Source: an uncultured Christensenella sp.
GTDB taxonomy: Bacteria; Bacillota; Clostridia; Christensenellales; UBA1242
Length of the DNA stretch: 64,000 nucleotides
Reading direction: 5' to 3'
Assembly: GCA_949296965.1 (NCBI GenBank)
Contig: CASFQL010000018.1
Coordinates: 3,634-67,633, forward strand
The notes under the pieces were generated by a model that was not told the origin of the DNA, ran no database searches, and saw only the letters and a program-made list of their open reading frames with translations. Each line of letters opens with the position of its first letter. Position 1 is the first letter of the stretch. Made by a program: the position numbers and the translations under genes. Below are positions 1-10,184 of this stretch, piece by piece.

Positions 1-51
1 ATTAGACAACTTTTCATCAAGTGCTTGATATTCTAAAATTGTCTTAAACAT
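1..51 (-). CDS. 5' end of an unidentified gene running off the window (MFKTILEYQALDEKLSN...)
   Basis: ATG at 51..49 lies ~13 nt downstream of the trmK stop and is open to the window edge. The N-terminus is reminiscent of COG1579/DUF164 coiled-coil zinc-ribbon proteins, but only 17 codons are visible. Confidence 0.25.
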   Translation of the reverse strand, partial: MFKTILEYQALDEKLSN

Positions 52-64
52 CTTCAATACCCCT

Positions 65-742
65 TTAAATTATTTTTTTAATCAAAAGCAATCTTTCATT
101 TATATCTCTCACAAATTTATTTTTCAAAATTTGCTCACATTTATTTTTTTCATAATTTAGATAGCAAATAAAATCTTTACTTTTTTCTTTTAAATTAGTC
201 TTACCAAATAGAAGTTCTTCTCTTGTTAATTCAAAATGTTTATTAGCACGACTAACAACGATTATATTATAAAACATTTTCCCTTCTTTTGCAATAACAT
301 CTTGTTGAATTTCAAACATACTACTTGTAAGAAACTGTCTTAATTCAATAACATTAGTTTGCGGTTGTAAAATAAAATCACTAAAAATTTTCTCTTTATC
401 TTGGGATAGGATTTTTATAATTTCCATACCCCCCATTCCAGCAATAATAACTTGTTTTGGCAAGATTTTTGGAAAATTTGCAGGTAAAAAAGCATCTAAT
501 TCATCATTAAAAACTTCTAAGCCATCACCTACTAAATAAGAAATTTTATCATTAAAATGTTTTAGATTAACGCGTGATTTATTTAAACACTTTAAACTGA
601 TATCTGTAACAAATGCAAAATCAATTAAATTATTTTCAAACAAATATTTAGTTATGTAACCGTGATCTGCTCCAATATCTGCAATAATTTTTGAGTTAAC
701 ATAACTACAAATTTTATTTATTCTTTTATTAATTTTAATCAC
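65..742 (-). CDS. trmK: tRNA (adenine22-N1)-methyltransferase TrmK
   Basis: SAM-binding motif [15 protein letters not shown], with the gene immediately downstream of sigA as in Bacillus (yqfN). The long ORF (to 805) overlaps sigA by 71 nt. The in-frame GTG at 742 ([11 protein letters not shown]...) gives the usual short overlap, so it is chosen as the start. Confidence 0.8.
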   Translation of the reverse strand: MIKINKRINKICSYVNSKIIADIGADHGYITKYLFENNLIDFAFVTDISLKCLNKSRVNLKHFNDKISYLVGDGLEVFNDELDAFLPANFPKILPKQVIIAGMGGMEIIKILSQDKEKIFSDFILQPQTNVIELRQFLTSSMFEIQQDVIAKEGKMFYNIIVVSRANKHFELTREELLFGKTNLKEKSKDFICYLNYEKNKCEQILKNKFVRDINERLLLIKKII

Positions 743-1796
743 AGAACCCTTCCAACTTTTTACATCTATTTGGGTGACGAAGTTTTCTAAGTGCTTTTGC
801 TTCAATTTGTCTAATTCTTTCCCTTGTTACCGAGAATTCTTTCCCCACTTCTTCAAGCGTTCTTGGGTGAGAATCATCAAGTCCATATCTTAACCTAATA
901 ACCTTTTGTTCTCTTGGAGTAAGGGAATCGATAGCGCTCATAAGTTGTTCTCTTAAAATTAATTGAACGGCATTATCAACAGGAGATTTAATTGATTCAT
1001 CTTCAACAAAATCACCTATTTTACTATCATCTTCTTCGCCAACAGGATTTTCAAGCGAAATAGGGTCAAGGGCAATTTTTTGTATTTCACAAACTCTTGC
1101 TTCTGATATACCCATCTTCTCAGCAATTTCTTGGGCTGTTGGATCTCTACCTAGTGTTTGCATTAACTGCCTTGAAACTCTCAATAACTTATTAATTGTT
1201 TCTACCATATGAACAGGAATTCTTATTGTCCTTGATTGGTCTGCTATTGCACGAGAAATTGATTGTCTTATCCACCAAGTTGCATATGTTGAGAACCTAA
1301 ACCCCTTTGTATAGTCAAACTTTTCAACTGCTCTAAGTAAACCTAAGTTCCCTTCTTGGATAAGGTCAAGGAATTGCATACTTGTCCTACCGACATATTT
1401 TTTTGCGATACTAACTACAAGTCTTAAGTTGCTTTCAGAGAGTTTTCTTCTAGCGTATTCATCTCCCTTGCTCATTCTTTTGGCATACTCAATTTCTTCT
1501 TCGCTACTAAGTAAAGCGACCTTGCCTATATCTTTTAGATACATTTTAACAGGGTCATCAACGCTTACTTGACTAGCAATTAAGTTGATATCTTCAACAT
1601 CATCAGTAATCTCAGATGCTTTATTAATTTTAATATCCTTTTCATTAAAAAATGAAATAACTTCTTCTATATCTTTTGGAGAAGCATCATATTTGTTTAA
1701 TAGTCTAACGATGATATCTTCTTCGTTAAGACTACCCTTTTGTTTTGCTATTTCTAAAAATTTGTCTATATCTGGTTGAAATTTTTCATTATACAT
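735..1796 (-). CDS. sigA: primary RNA polymerase sigma factor (sigma-A/RpoD)
   Basis: Regions 2-4 are all recognisable: [37 protein letters not shown] and C-terminal [30 protein letters not shown]. It sits in a dnaG-sigA operon arrangement. Confidence 0.95.
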   Translation of the reverse strand: MYNEKFQPDIDKFLEIAKQKGSLNEEDIIVRLLNKYDASPKDIEEVISFFNEKDIKINKASEITDDVEDINLIASQVSVDDPVKMYLKDIGKVALLSSEEEIEYAKRMSKGDEYARRKLSESNLRLVVSIAKKYVGRTSMQFLDLIQEGNLGLLRAVEKFDYTKGFRFSTYATWWIRQSISRAIADQSRTIRIPVHMVETINKLLRVSRQLMQTLGRDPTAQEIAEKMGISEARVCEIQKIALDPISLENPVGEEDDSKIGDFVEDESIKSPVDNAVQLILREQLMSAIDSLTPREQKVIRLRYGLDDSHPRTLEEVGKEFSVTRERIRQIEAKALRKLRHPNRCKKLEGFCD

Positions 1797-1803
1797 TATT
1801 TGT

Positions 1804-3585
1804 TTATCTCCAATTTTTTATTTCTTTTGCAATAGTATTTAATTGATTAGCAATTTCTTTACGCTTATCTAAATCTTTTTCATTTTTAAAAAGATTTGTA
1901 AGTTCCTCTTGTTTTTGTTTAAGTGCTAAAACCCCCAATTTTTCAACACATTCGTTAAAATAAATATCCTTATTTTCCCCAAAATCATTAAAATTAAAGT
2001 TGATAATTTGAGCAATATCAGGGTTATTTTCCACATCAAAATAATCAAAAAGAGAACTTATAGTATAAGATTTATTATTTTGATAGCAGTTTCTAGCAAA
2101 CTCAAACAAACTATTATAATTTGGATTTTTAAAGATAAGTTTTTTATCTAACACTTTCTTAGCATAATCTTTTTTATGGATAATACTTGCAAGCACAAAT
2201 CTCTCTGCTTTTACATACCCTTCTGGCCTAGAAATTAAGGAATTTTCACCTAAATTCTCGCCTTGTTCAAAATTATTTGATAAATTTAAAGTCATATCTC
2301 GTCTTAAAATATCTTGTGAAATGTTTGTTTTATTAGACAAAATTTTCAAATAAATTTCTCTTTCTGAATTTGTTTCTAAGTTTGTTAAAATCTCCATACA
2401 CTCGACAATAAACTTATTTTTTTCAAAATTATCATTTAAATTATATTTCTTTTCAAGTGCATTTATTTTAAATTCTACCCCACTAGCAGCACTTTCTATA
2501 CATTTTTTTAATTCTTCTGCACCATATTTGTTTAAAAACTCGTCAGGGTCAAGGTTGTCTATTAATGTAACTACCCTAATTTCGAGTCCCGTTTGTGCTA
2601 AAACATCTATCGCCTTAAAGGTGGCTTTTTGTCCAGCACCATCACCGTCTAAACATAAAACGACTTTATCTGTAAACTTTTTTAGTTCTTTGCCGTGGAA
2701 TGATGTGATGGCTGTCCCCATACAAGCAACTGCATTTTTAAAACCTGCTTTGAACATCGCAATTACATCAATTGTTCCCTCACAAACAATTATGTAATCA
2801 ATTTTTTGTTCTTTTCTTAATTGTTTAATTGAATTAATATTATAAACCGTTCTACTCTTATCAAAAACTATTGTTTGAGTGGAATTTCTATATTTTGCAT
2901 ACTTTGGGTTATCTAATAAGGTCCTTGCAGTAAAGCCAATACAATCTCCAAAAGTATTAATTATAGGAAAAATCAATCTTGTAGCAAAGACATCATATGG
3001 CTCATTATTATCGTTATACTCTATTAAACCAGCCTTGTGCATAGTATCAAAATCAATATTATTTTCTCTTAAGAATTTTATAAGACCTTTCCAATCTGGG
3101 CTATAACCAATTTCAAAATTCTTAACTACTTGACTATCAAACTTTCTTTTCTTTAAATAATTTATTGCCTGTTCATCATTTGTTGAATTAAGACAATTTA
3201 TGTAATAATCTTTTGCAAGATTTAACGAGCGTAAAACCCTTTCTTTACTTCTTAACTTTTCTAAGTCCAACGAGTTATCAGTAATCTCAGGGATTTTCAA
3301 ATTAGCAGACTGAGCAAGCATCTTTACTGCTTCAAAAAAACTTACATTTTCATATTTTTGAACAAAGGAAATGACATCTCCACTTTCCCCACACCCGTAA
3401 CAATGATAATACTGTTCATCTTCATTAACGGCAAAAGATGGCGTTTTTTCAAAATGAAAAGGACAACACGCCCAAAAAGTTTTGCCTTTTTTCTCCAATG
3501 TAACGGATTTCGAAATAACGGAAACGATATCATTACTCTGTTTTACTTGCTTAATAAACTCAGCAGGAAAACCACGATTAATCAA
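1804..3585 (-). CDS. dnaG: DNA primase DnaG
   Basis: Zinc-ribbon [25 protein letters not shown] and Toprim EGTIDV...[10 protein letters not shown]. The ORF extends to 3657, but TTG at 3585 is preceded by GGGAG at proper spacing and gives the canonical N-terminus ([24 protein letters not shown]). Confidence 0.9.
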   Translation of the reverse strand: MINRGFPAEFIKQVKQSNDIVSVISKSVTLEKKGKTFWACCPFHFEKTPSFAVNEDEQYYHCYGCGESGDVISFVQKYENVSFFEAVKMLAQSANLKIPEITDNSLDLEKLRSKERVLRSLNLAKDYYINCLNSTNDEQAINYLKKRKFDSQVVKNFEIGYSPDWKGLIKFLRENNIDFDTMHKAGLIEYNDNNEPYDVFATRLIFPIINTFGDCIGFTARTLLDNPKYAKYRNSTQTIVFDKSRTVYNINSIKQLRKEQKIDYIIVCEGTIDVIAMFKAGFKNAVACMGTAITSFHGKELKKFTDKVVLCLDGDGAGQKATFKAIDVLAQTGLEIRVVTLIDNLDPDEFLNKYGAEELKKCIESAASGVEFKINALEKKYNLNDNFEKNKFIVECMEILTNLETNSEREIYLKILSNKTNISQDILRRDMTLNLSNNFEQGENLGENSLISRPEGYVKAERFVLASIIHKKDYAKKVLDKKLIFKNPNYNSLFEFARNCYQNNKSYTISSLFDYFDVENNPDIAQIINFNFNDFGENKDIYFNECVEKLGVLALKQKQEELTNLFKNEKDLDKRKEIANQLNTIAKEIKNWR

Positions 3586-3654
3586 AACTTCACTCCCATA
3601 AAAAAAACTAACTAATTTATATATACAACATAAAAAGGCTTTTTCCTTTTTTTT

Positions 3655-3692
3655 CATAAAAAAAAGTCAAAAACTTTTGACTTTTTTATTTT
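3655..3692 (-). terminator. bidirectional rho-independent terminator after yloV
   Basis: Perfect palindrome AAAAAGTCAAAA-AC-TTTTGACTTTTT flanked by A and T runs, between the yloV stop and the dnaG start. Confidence 0.5.
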
Positions 3693-3774
3693 TTCTTAGT
3701 CTTTACACATAAATTTTAAAATTTTACTCAGTGATTTAAACAAAAATTAAAATTTTAAAAGACAAAATTAAATC

Positions 3775-5409
3775 TTACTCAACTGATAAAATATAATAAT
3801 AAACAGGTTGTCCACCACAAATTGCATTAAATTCACACTGAGGATAAACTTCATGCAAATGTTCTTGCAATTTAACCGCGTCATCTTCTTTTACTTCTTG
3901 TCCATAGAAAAGATTTACATTCGCAGTTTGGTCATCAATCAATTTTCCAACAAGACTTTCTACCGTTTCAGGTATTTCCTTTCCTTTTGCTAAAATTGAA
4001 TTATTATCAAGCCCAATTATTTCTCCAATACTTAAATCAAAGCCATCGACATGAGTATCTCTCACAGCATAAGTTACACTGCCTGTTTTGACATTTTTCA
4101 TTGATTCTGTCATTGCTTCAATATTTTCTTCAACTGTTCCCTCAGGGTTAAATGATAAACAAGCAGAAATCCCTTCTGGCACACTCCTTGTAGGTAAAAC
4201 GACAATATTCTTACTTGTTAAATCTTTTGCTTGCTCAGCAGCAAGTATTATATTTTTATTATTTGGCAAAACAAAAACAGTTTCCGCATTTACTTTATCT
4301 ATTGCCTCTGCTATATCGTTTGCACTAGGGTTCATAGTTTGCCCACCCGTTATAATGTGGTCTACCATTAAATCTTTAAATAATAAAGCAAATCCATCAC
4401 CTGCGGAAACAGAAACAATTCCCATAGGCTTAGCAGGTTCCTTCTTTGCTTGTTCTTGTTGAAGTTTTCTATTCTTATCAAGCATATTTTCAATTTTTAT
4501 ACTAACCAACTCTCCAAGTTCAAGTCCATAACCTATTGCTTTTTGAGGTTCATTAGTCAAAACTTGTGCTTTAACAAGACTTAAATCTCCCAAGCAAATT
4601 ACACTATCACCTATTCCAACCAACAATTCTTTAAGTTTATCAATATCACTTTGAGTAGTTTTTTTATGCATATTTACAATCATATACTCAACAGAATAAA
4701 CAAATTGGATTTCGACAATATCAACTGCTACATTTCTATCCTTGTCATTTTGATAAGCAACATCAGGATTAAGATAATCATTATTAGCACTCTCATCGCC
4801 TTCTAGTGCTTTATAAAACCCTGTGAAAATAACAAGCAACCCTCTACCACCTGCATCAACAACTCCCGCTTTTTTTAGAACAGGTAAAAGTTCAGGTGTT
4901 TGCATTAAAATCTCTTCGCCTTTGTCAATCACATCTTTTAAAAAGACTTCAAAATCAGTTACTTTCCTACAACAACTAACAGCATAATCAGCCATTACTC
5001 TAATAACGGTTAATATTGTTCCTTCTTTTGGTTTTGTAACTGCCTTGTAAGCAATGTCAGCCCCTTCTTTCATAGCAAGTGCAAAGTCTTTTGTCTTAAC
5101 TTCTGTGCATTGTCCAATAACTTTTGACATACCTTTTAGAATTTGTGATAAAATAACGCCAGAATTACCTCTTGCTCCCCTTAATGCACCTTTTGTAATT
5201 GCCTCTGCAAGACTGTCAAAATTATTATTTATACACTCATTCACCTCTTTTGTTGCTGACTTAAAAGTCAAATTCATATTTGTCCCTGTATCTCCATCTG
5301 GCACAGGAAAAACATTTAATGAGTCAACATATTTTCTATTTTCATCGAGCAAACTAGAAGCAGTTAAAATCATCTTCCTAAACATTGCTCCATTGATTGT
5401 TTTCTGCAA
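3775..5409 (-). CDS. yloV: DAK2 domain-containing fusion protein (YloV family)
   Basis: N-terminal Dak2 motif LNVFPVPDGDTGTNM, size 544 aa, and position directly downstream of the asp23/yloU homolog as in Bacillus. Confidence 0.85.
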   Translation of the reverse strand: MQKTINGAMFRKMILTASSLLDENRKYVDSLNVFPVPDGDTGTNMNLTFKSATKEVNECINNNFDSLAEAITKGALRGARGNSGVILSQILKGMSKVIGQCTEVKTKDFALAMKEGADIAYKAVTKPKEGTILTVIRVMADYAVSCCRKVTDFEVFLKDVIDKGEEILMQTPELLPVLKKAGVVDAGGRGLLVIFTGFYKALEGDESANNDYLNPDVAYQNDKDRNVAVDIVEIQFVYSVEYMIVNMHKKTTQSDIDKLKELLVGIGDSVICLGDLSLVKAQVLTNEPQKAIGYGLELGELVSIKIENMLDKNRKLQQEQAKKEPAKPMGIVSVSAGDGFALLFKDLMVDHIITGGQTMNPSANDIAEAIDKVNAETVFVLPNNKNIILAAEQAKDLTSKNIVVLPTRSVPEGISACLSFNPEGTVEENIEAMTESMKNVKTGSVTYAVRDTHVDGFDLSIGEIIGLDNNSILAKGKEIPETVESLVGKLIDDQTANVNLFYGQEVKEDDAVKLQEHLHEVYPQCEFNAICGGQPVYYYILSVE

Positions 5410-5478
5410 TTTTAAAATCCTCCACGGTTATTTGTATATAAAAGACCAACTACATAAGTCTAAATTACAATAAAAAAA

Positions 5479-5829
5479 CTAGACCCTTACCCCTATGACT
5501 TTAATATTAACTGCATCTACAATCATACCTGTAAATTTCTCCACACTGTATTTAACTGTGCTTTTTACACTATCACATACGGCTGTGATTGAAACTCCAT
5601 ATTTTAATATGACATTCAAATCTACAACAATATGATTGTCTATACTAGTTATTTTAACGCCACGAGAAAAGGACCTATTCTTAAATATCTCGCCAAAACC
5701 TTCCTTAGCACTCCTTGTAACAAGGTCTACAACTCCATAGCAATCAAGGGCATTGAACCCTGCAACTACGGCGATTGCATTATTATCAATTGTGATATCA
5801 CCAAATGCATTAGATGTTTTAACGAACAT
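5479..5829 (-). CDS. Asp23/Gls24 family (alkaline shock protein, YloU-like)
   Basis: 116 aa protein with typical Asp23 N-terminus GDITIDNNAIAVVAGFNALDCYGVV. Synteny with yloV supports the call. Confidence 0.85.
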   Translation of the reverse strand: MFVKTSNAFGDITIDNNAIAVVAGFNALDCYGVVDLVTRSAKEGFGEIFKNRSFSRGVKITSIDNHIVVDLNVILKYGVSITAVCDSVKSTVKYSVEKFTGMIVDAVNIKVIGVRV

Positions 5830-6118
5830 ATCTCTTCCCTTTTCTTTTTAAGTTTACGCAAACATTAATTAGTATACATAACTTTCAAATAGTATAATAC
5901 TACATTTCTATTTATTGTGCAAGTAATTTAATTAATTTTTTATTTTTTTGAATTACAAATTTTGACAATCATTTGTATTTACTATTATCCTATCTCAATT
6001 TATTTTTACTTTTTTAAAACTATTCTCTAATAAAAAATATTTTTCAATTTTGACCTATTAAACTAAAAATTAAATCTATTTATAAACTTTATTTAAAAAC
6101 GGCAAACTAAACTATTTC

Positions 6119-6219
6119 GGGGACTTTGTGCAAAAAAGTTTCACTTTTTGCGTGAAATTTTTTATAAATTTCACAGTAGCAATCTTGCTACGGCAAGATT
6201 GCTACTGCACAAAGTCCCC
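6119..6219. repeat. cloverleaf-type intergenic repeat, copy 1
   Basis: Outer stem GGGGACTTTGTGC/GCACAAAGTCCCC encloses three hairpins: CAAAAAGT-TTC-ACTTTTTG, GTGAAATTT-loop-AAATTTCAC and TAGCAATCTTGC-TACG-GCAAGATTGCTA. Confidence 0.85.
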
Positions 6220-6317
6220 TAAAATAAAACAAGTTTTCATCAACATAATAAATTTTATATTTGTAATAATTTTTTTAGCATTTTTCTAATAGGACAAAAT
6301 CATAACAAAAAAAAGAC

Positions 6318-6350
6318 ATATAAAAAATAAAAAAGGAAGAAAGCCTTCCT
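6318..6350 (-). terminator. rho-independent terminator after the spoVM-like sORF
   Basis: On the minus strand, GGAAG-GCTTT-CTTCC is followed by TTTTTTATTTTTT, starting 6 nt after the sORF stop. Confidence 0.6.
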
Positions 6351-6355
6351 TTAAT

Positions 6356-6442
6356 CTACTCCATATCAATGTAATGTTTTTTGAATAAAAATTTAAGTAA
6401 TTTCGAAAAAACTTTTGGAACTTTAATACAATAAATTTTCAT
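6356..6442 (-). CDS. spoVM: SpoVM-like small sporulation protein (28 aa, below the ORF-track cutoff)
   Basis: The translation MKIYCIKVPKVFSKLLKFLFKKHYIDME resembles B. subtilis SpoVM as recalled (MKFYTIKLPKFLGG...). It lies between rpe and yloU, where spoVM sits in Bacillus, has a purine-rich stretch upstream and its own terminator. Confidence 0.6.
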   Translation of the reverse strand: MKIYCIKVPKVFSKLLKFLFKKHYIDME

Positions 6443-6574
6443 CTATGTAACCCTACCCTTTAAAAAATAATATGTTAAAACATTTAATATTGTTACAAGA
6501 CAAAAATCAAAAATACATTAATTCATTCTCTTAAAATCTAGTTAAGTTTTAAAAAATATCTTTACCTACTATCT

Positions 6575-7222
6575 TCATTTTAGTTTTAAAATTGCGCTCT
6601 TTTTATCTTTACTTGAAAATAAATAATTCCCAACAACAACCATACCAACACCAAGCGATTTCAAACTATGAATATTACTATCATTGACACCGCCGTCCAC
6701 TTCAATTATACAATTTATTTTATATTCTCTTATAAAATTTTGAATTTGTTTTATTTTATCATAGGTGTTTTCAATAAATTCTTGTCCACTTTTACCAGGT
6801 TCCACACTCATAACAAGCAAAACATCAATAAAACATAAAAAAGGTAAAATCTCATCTACATTTGTTGTCGGTTTGAAAGACAGTCCAACAAATGTATTTT
6901 GTCTTTTTATCTTTTTTAGAATTTTCAAGACTTCTTCACCACTTGAAAAACTCTCATAATGAACAGTTAAAATATTTGCCCCTGCCCTAATATATTTTTT
7001 ATAAACTTTTTGTGGTTGCGAAATCATTAAATGAACATCAAGCGGTCTATTAGTTATTTTTTTAATTTGCTTTATGGTATTGTAATCAAAAGTAGTAGAT
7101 TTAACAAAATTTCCGTCCATAACATCACAATGAATGTAGTCAATATCTAATTTTTCAAGTTGCAAAATATAATTTGATAAATCTTCCACTTTTGGAGGAT
7201 TAGTTGAAGCAGATATTAGCAT
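6575..7222 (-). CDS. rpe: ribulose-phosphate 3-epimerase
   Basis: Motifs YIHCDVMDGNFV, LDVHLM, MSVEPG and EVDGG, plus synteny downstream of rlmN. Confidence 0.85.
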   Translation of the reverse strand: MLISASTNPPKVEDLSNYILQLEKLDIDYIHCDVMDGNFVKSTTFDYNTIKQIKKITNRPLDVHLMISQPQKVYKKYIRAGANILTVHYESFSSGEEVLKILKKIKRQNTFVGLSFKPTTNVDEILPFLCFIDVLLVMSVEPGKSGQEFIENTYDKIKQIQNFIREYKINCIIEVDGGVNDSNIHSLKSLGVGMVVVGNYLFSSKDKKSAILKLK

Positions 7223-7224
7223 TT

Positions 7225-8265
7225 TTACTCCTTATTAATAAATCTTCTTCTAAGTTGCCCACAAGCCCCATCAATATCATTACCCAAACTTCTTCTTGTT
7301 GTAACATTTATTTTATACGATTTTAAAATTTTAGCAAAATTATCTATTGTTTCAGGCTCACATTTTTTAAAATTATTTTCCTTCACTTCATTTAAGTTAA
7401 TTAGATTGACAATACAATTCATATTAGAAATTAATTTTGCTAGCATTAGAGCATCTTCCTTTGACGAATTTATTCCATCAATCATAATATATTCAAATAA
7501 AATTCTTCTATTGGTTTTTGTAAAATAGTATTTGCAAGCATTAATTATGTCATTTATTTTATATGCTTTTGAAACGGGCATAATTTTACTTCTAATTTCA
7601 TCATTTGGAGCGTGAAAAGAGATACATAAATTAATTTGATTGCCCGATTTGGCAAGCATATATATTTTATCAACTAGTCCACAAGTGCTAAGTGAAATAT
7701 TCCTTTGACTATAATTAAGACCGTGTTTATCGGTAGCAATTTTAATAAATTCTAAAACATTATCATAATTGTCAAGCGGTTCGCCACTGCCCATTAAAAC
7801 AATATTTGTAACTTTTCTATCAAATGTTGTCCCACCTAAAAAAGAATTTGCGACAATAGCCTGTGATATAATCTCTCCACTAGTCAAATTTCTAACAAGC
7901 CCATCTATGCCAGACGCACAAAATTTACACCCCATTCGGCAACCCACTTGACTTGACACACAAAGAGTATAGCCAAATTTATAATTCATTAAAACGCCTT
8001 CTATAATATTCCCATCATTTAGTCTATATAAGAACTTCTTTGTCCCGTCTTTTGACTCTTGGACCTTTATTATTTGTAAACATACATCATCATAATTTTC
8101 TTTCAAACTTGTGACTAAATCTTTTGGAATATTACTCATTTGCTCTAAAATTTTGTTATTATGAAGTTGATTAAAAATTTGCTCAGCCCTATATTTTGGT
8201 TGTCCTAATTTAATTAAAACTTCTTGTAATTTCTCAAAAGTCAAACTCAATAAACTTTCTTTCAT
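7225..8265 (-). CDS. rlmN: 23S rRNA/tRNA m2A methyltransferase RlmN (radical SAM)
   Basis: Radical SAM cluster VSSQVGCRMGCKFCASG, downstream GSGEPL and C-terminal DIDGACGQL. There is a 4-nt overlap with fmt. Confidence 0.9.
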   Translation of the reverse strand: MKESLLSLTFEKLQEVLIKLGQPKYRAEQIFNQLHNNKILEQMSNIPKDLVTSLKENYDDVCLQIIKVQESKDGTKKFLYRLNDGNIIEGVLMNYKFGYTLCVSSQVGCRMGCKFCASGIDGLVRNLTSGEIISQAIVANSFLGGTTFDRKVTNIVLMGSGEPLDNYDNVLEFIKIATDKHGLNYSQRNISLSTCGLVDKIYMLAKSGNQINLCISFHAPNDEIRSKIMPVSKAYKINDIINACKYYFTKTNRRILFEYIMIDGINSSKEDALMLAKLISNMNCIVNLINLNEVKENNFKKCEPETIDNFAKILKSYKINVTTRRSLGNDIDGACGQLRRRFINKE

Positions 8266-9215
8266 TTGCTTTCTCCAATTAACATCTCGCCAACTTGTAT
8301 ACTTTTACCATTTAAAAATGCTTTTGAGTGCATTACTTTACTGTTTGGGGCTTGGATAACATCAAGCAAAATATACCCGTCTTTGCATTTTACTACAAGT
8401 CCATCTTTGCTATTTGATAAAACAACTTGACCATTTTTAAATTGATTTTCTTCAATCTCTTTTATATACGGGCTTGATTTAAAAACTTTAATAAAATTAT
8501 CTTTATATTTAACCCTTGCAACAGGCCAAGGATTTAAACCTAAACAAAAGTTTGATATTTCTTCCATAGTATTATTGAAATCAATAAAAGAATTTCCTTT
8601 TTCTAACTTTGGATAATAAGAAGATAAATTCTCATTTTGTTTTACATAAGTTGCTCTATTGTTTTCTATATCTGTAAGAGTTTTAACTAACAACTCTCCG
8701 CCTATGTGAGCAAGCCTAAGTGTTAATTCTCCCGCAGTTTCACCCTCACATATTTGTGTTTTTTTACTACTTATAATATCTCCCGTATCAAGTCCAATGT
8801 CTGTCTTCATTATTGTAATGCCTGTTTCTTTCTCCCCATTTATAATACACCAATTAATTGGACAACTACCCCTATATTTTGGTAAAAGAGAAGCGTGAAC
8901 ATTAATAACTCCATATTTTGCAAGAGTTAAAATGTTTTGCCTTAAAAACTGACCAAATGAAGCCGTTACCAATACATCTGGCTTATATTTCGATATCTCT
9001 AAGACTGCATTTGGTGAACTCACTTTTTCATATTGCAAAACAGGAATATTATGTTCTAAACCATATTGTTTTACTTCACTATATACAATCTTATGCCCTC
9101 GACCGACAGTTTGGTCGGTGTTAGTTACAATGCAAACGACCTTGTGTTCACTCTTTAATAAATACTCTAATACTATTTTTGAAAATTCTGCTGAACCTAA
9201 AAAAGCAACTTTCAT
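8262..9215 (-). CDS. fmt: methionyl-tRNA formyltransferase
   Basis: N-terminal MKVAFLGSAEFS and motif VINVHASLLPKYRGSCPINW. The def-fmt order is conserved. Confidence 0.9.
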   Translation of the reverse strand: MKVAFLGSAEFSKIVLEYLLKSEHKVVCIVTNTDQTVGRGHKIVYSEVKQYGLEHNIPVLQYEKVSSPNAVLEISKYKPDVLVTASFGQFLRQNILTLAKYGVINVHASLLPKYRGSCPINWCIINGEKETGITIMKTDIGLDTGDIISSKKTQICEGETAGELTLRLAHIGGELLVKTLTDIENNRATYVKQNENLSSYYPKLEKGNSFIDFNNTMEEISNFCLGLNPWPVARVKYKDNFIKVFKSSPYIKEIEENQFKNGQVVLSNSKDGLVVKCKDGYILLDVIQAPNSKVMHSKAFLNGKSIQVGEMLIGESK

Positions 9216-9358
9216 ATCTTTACCAACTTTTAAAAACTATTTTATTGTTTTATTTACAAACTATCATTACTACTAAAATAATTAGTTTTTTTGACCTTTT
9301 AAACGGACAATTAGAAAACTTCAATCATCAATTTAGTAACTAAAAACTATTTTTTTAT

Positions 9359-9439
9359 GGGGCTGTGAATAAATTTGATTTCATCAAATTTCAAACACTT
9401 TCGTGTTTTTTTGCCTTAAAGGCAAAAATTCACAGCCCC
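9359..9439. repeat. cloverleaf-type intergenic repeat, divergent copy 2
   Basis: Outer stem GGGGCTGTGAA/TTCACAGCCCC encloses three hairpins: AAATTTGAT-TTC-ATCAAATTT, AAACAC-TTTC-GTGTTT and TTTTGCC-TTAAA-GGCAAAA. It ends 6 nt from the def stop codon. Confidence 0.75.
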
Positions 9440-9445
9440 GTATTT

Positions 9446-9907
9446 TTACCTTCTATAATTTTCCTTGTTATTATTAATTAAATCAATATACAATATTCCG
9501 TTCAAGTGGTCAAACTCATGACAAAATGCTCTTGCCATAAAATCACTCACAGTCATACTAACAGGGTTATTGTATCTATCAACAAACTCCATAGTAACAG
9601 TTTTTGGTCTAACTACTTCTTCGCTTCTATTAGGAACACTTAAACACCCTTCTTGCCCCTTTTGAGTTCCGCTTTGTTTTTTTATAACAGGATTAATTAC
9701 TTCTAAATAATAGTTATTAAGAGATATAACAAAAACTCTTTTTAAAACACCAACTTGTGGAGCCGCAAGTCCAACTCCGTCAGACTTTTTTAAAGTTTCT
9801 TTCATATCATCAAGCAAATCCCATAAAGATTCATCAAATCTAGTAACTACTTTTGAAGTTTTTCTTAAAATTTCATCTCCTACAACTAAAATTCTTCTTA
9901 GCGCCAT
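9446..9907 (-). CDS. def: peptide deformylase
   Basis: Motifs GVGLAAPQVG, EGCLSVP and HEFDHLNG. The ORF reaches 9943, but the ATG at 9907 (MALRRILVVGDEILR) has the SD AAAGGGGA and the canonical N-terminus. Confidence 0.9.
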   Translation of the reverse strand: MALRRILVVGDEILRKTSKVVTRFDESLWDLLDDMKETLKKSDGVGLAAPQVGVLKRVFVISLNNYYLEVINPVIKKQSGTQKGQEGCLSVPNRSEEVVRPKTVTMEFVDRYNNPVSMTVSDFMARAFCHEFDHLNGILYIDLINNNKENYRR

Positions 9908-10184
9908 AATAAAAATCCCCTTTCTACAAAAATATTTTATCACAAATTTAATTGTTATTACTACAAATAATAATAAAAAATTAAAATAAGTTTAAAAAGT
10001 ATTATCAAAATTTTAAATCTTTTAACTCTTTCAAAACTAAATACCATAAATCAAAAACTAATAGACATAAAAAAAACTGCAATTGGATTGTTTAACTTAA
10101 AAATTTTAATTATTTATTAAAAAAACTAATTATTATAATAAAAAGAACTAATTTTAATTATTTAAAAGCAATAACTTTTCTAAA

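Noticed and set aside
3586-3657. N-terminal extensions offered by the ORF track for dnaG (to 3657), def (to 9943), rpsU (to 18611), the coiled-coil gene (to 30987), terL (to 53240) and the deacetylase (to 57849).
   Set aside because: In each case an internal start with a proper SD reproduces the canonical protein N-terminus. The upstream codons lack an SD and add non-conserved residues.
5830-6118. Search for rpmB (ribosomal protein L28), expected next to yloU/spoVM by Bacillus synteny.
   Set aside because: No ORF on either strand gives an L28-like, Cys/Lys-rich ~60-aa product. The region is non-coding apart from the SpoVM-like sORF further on.
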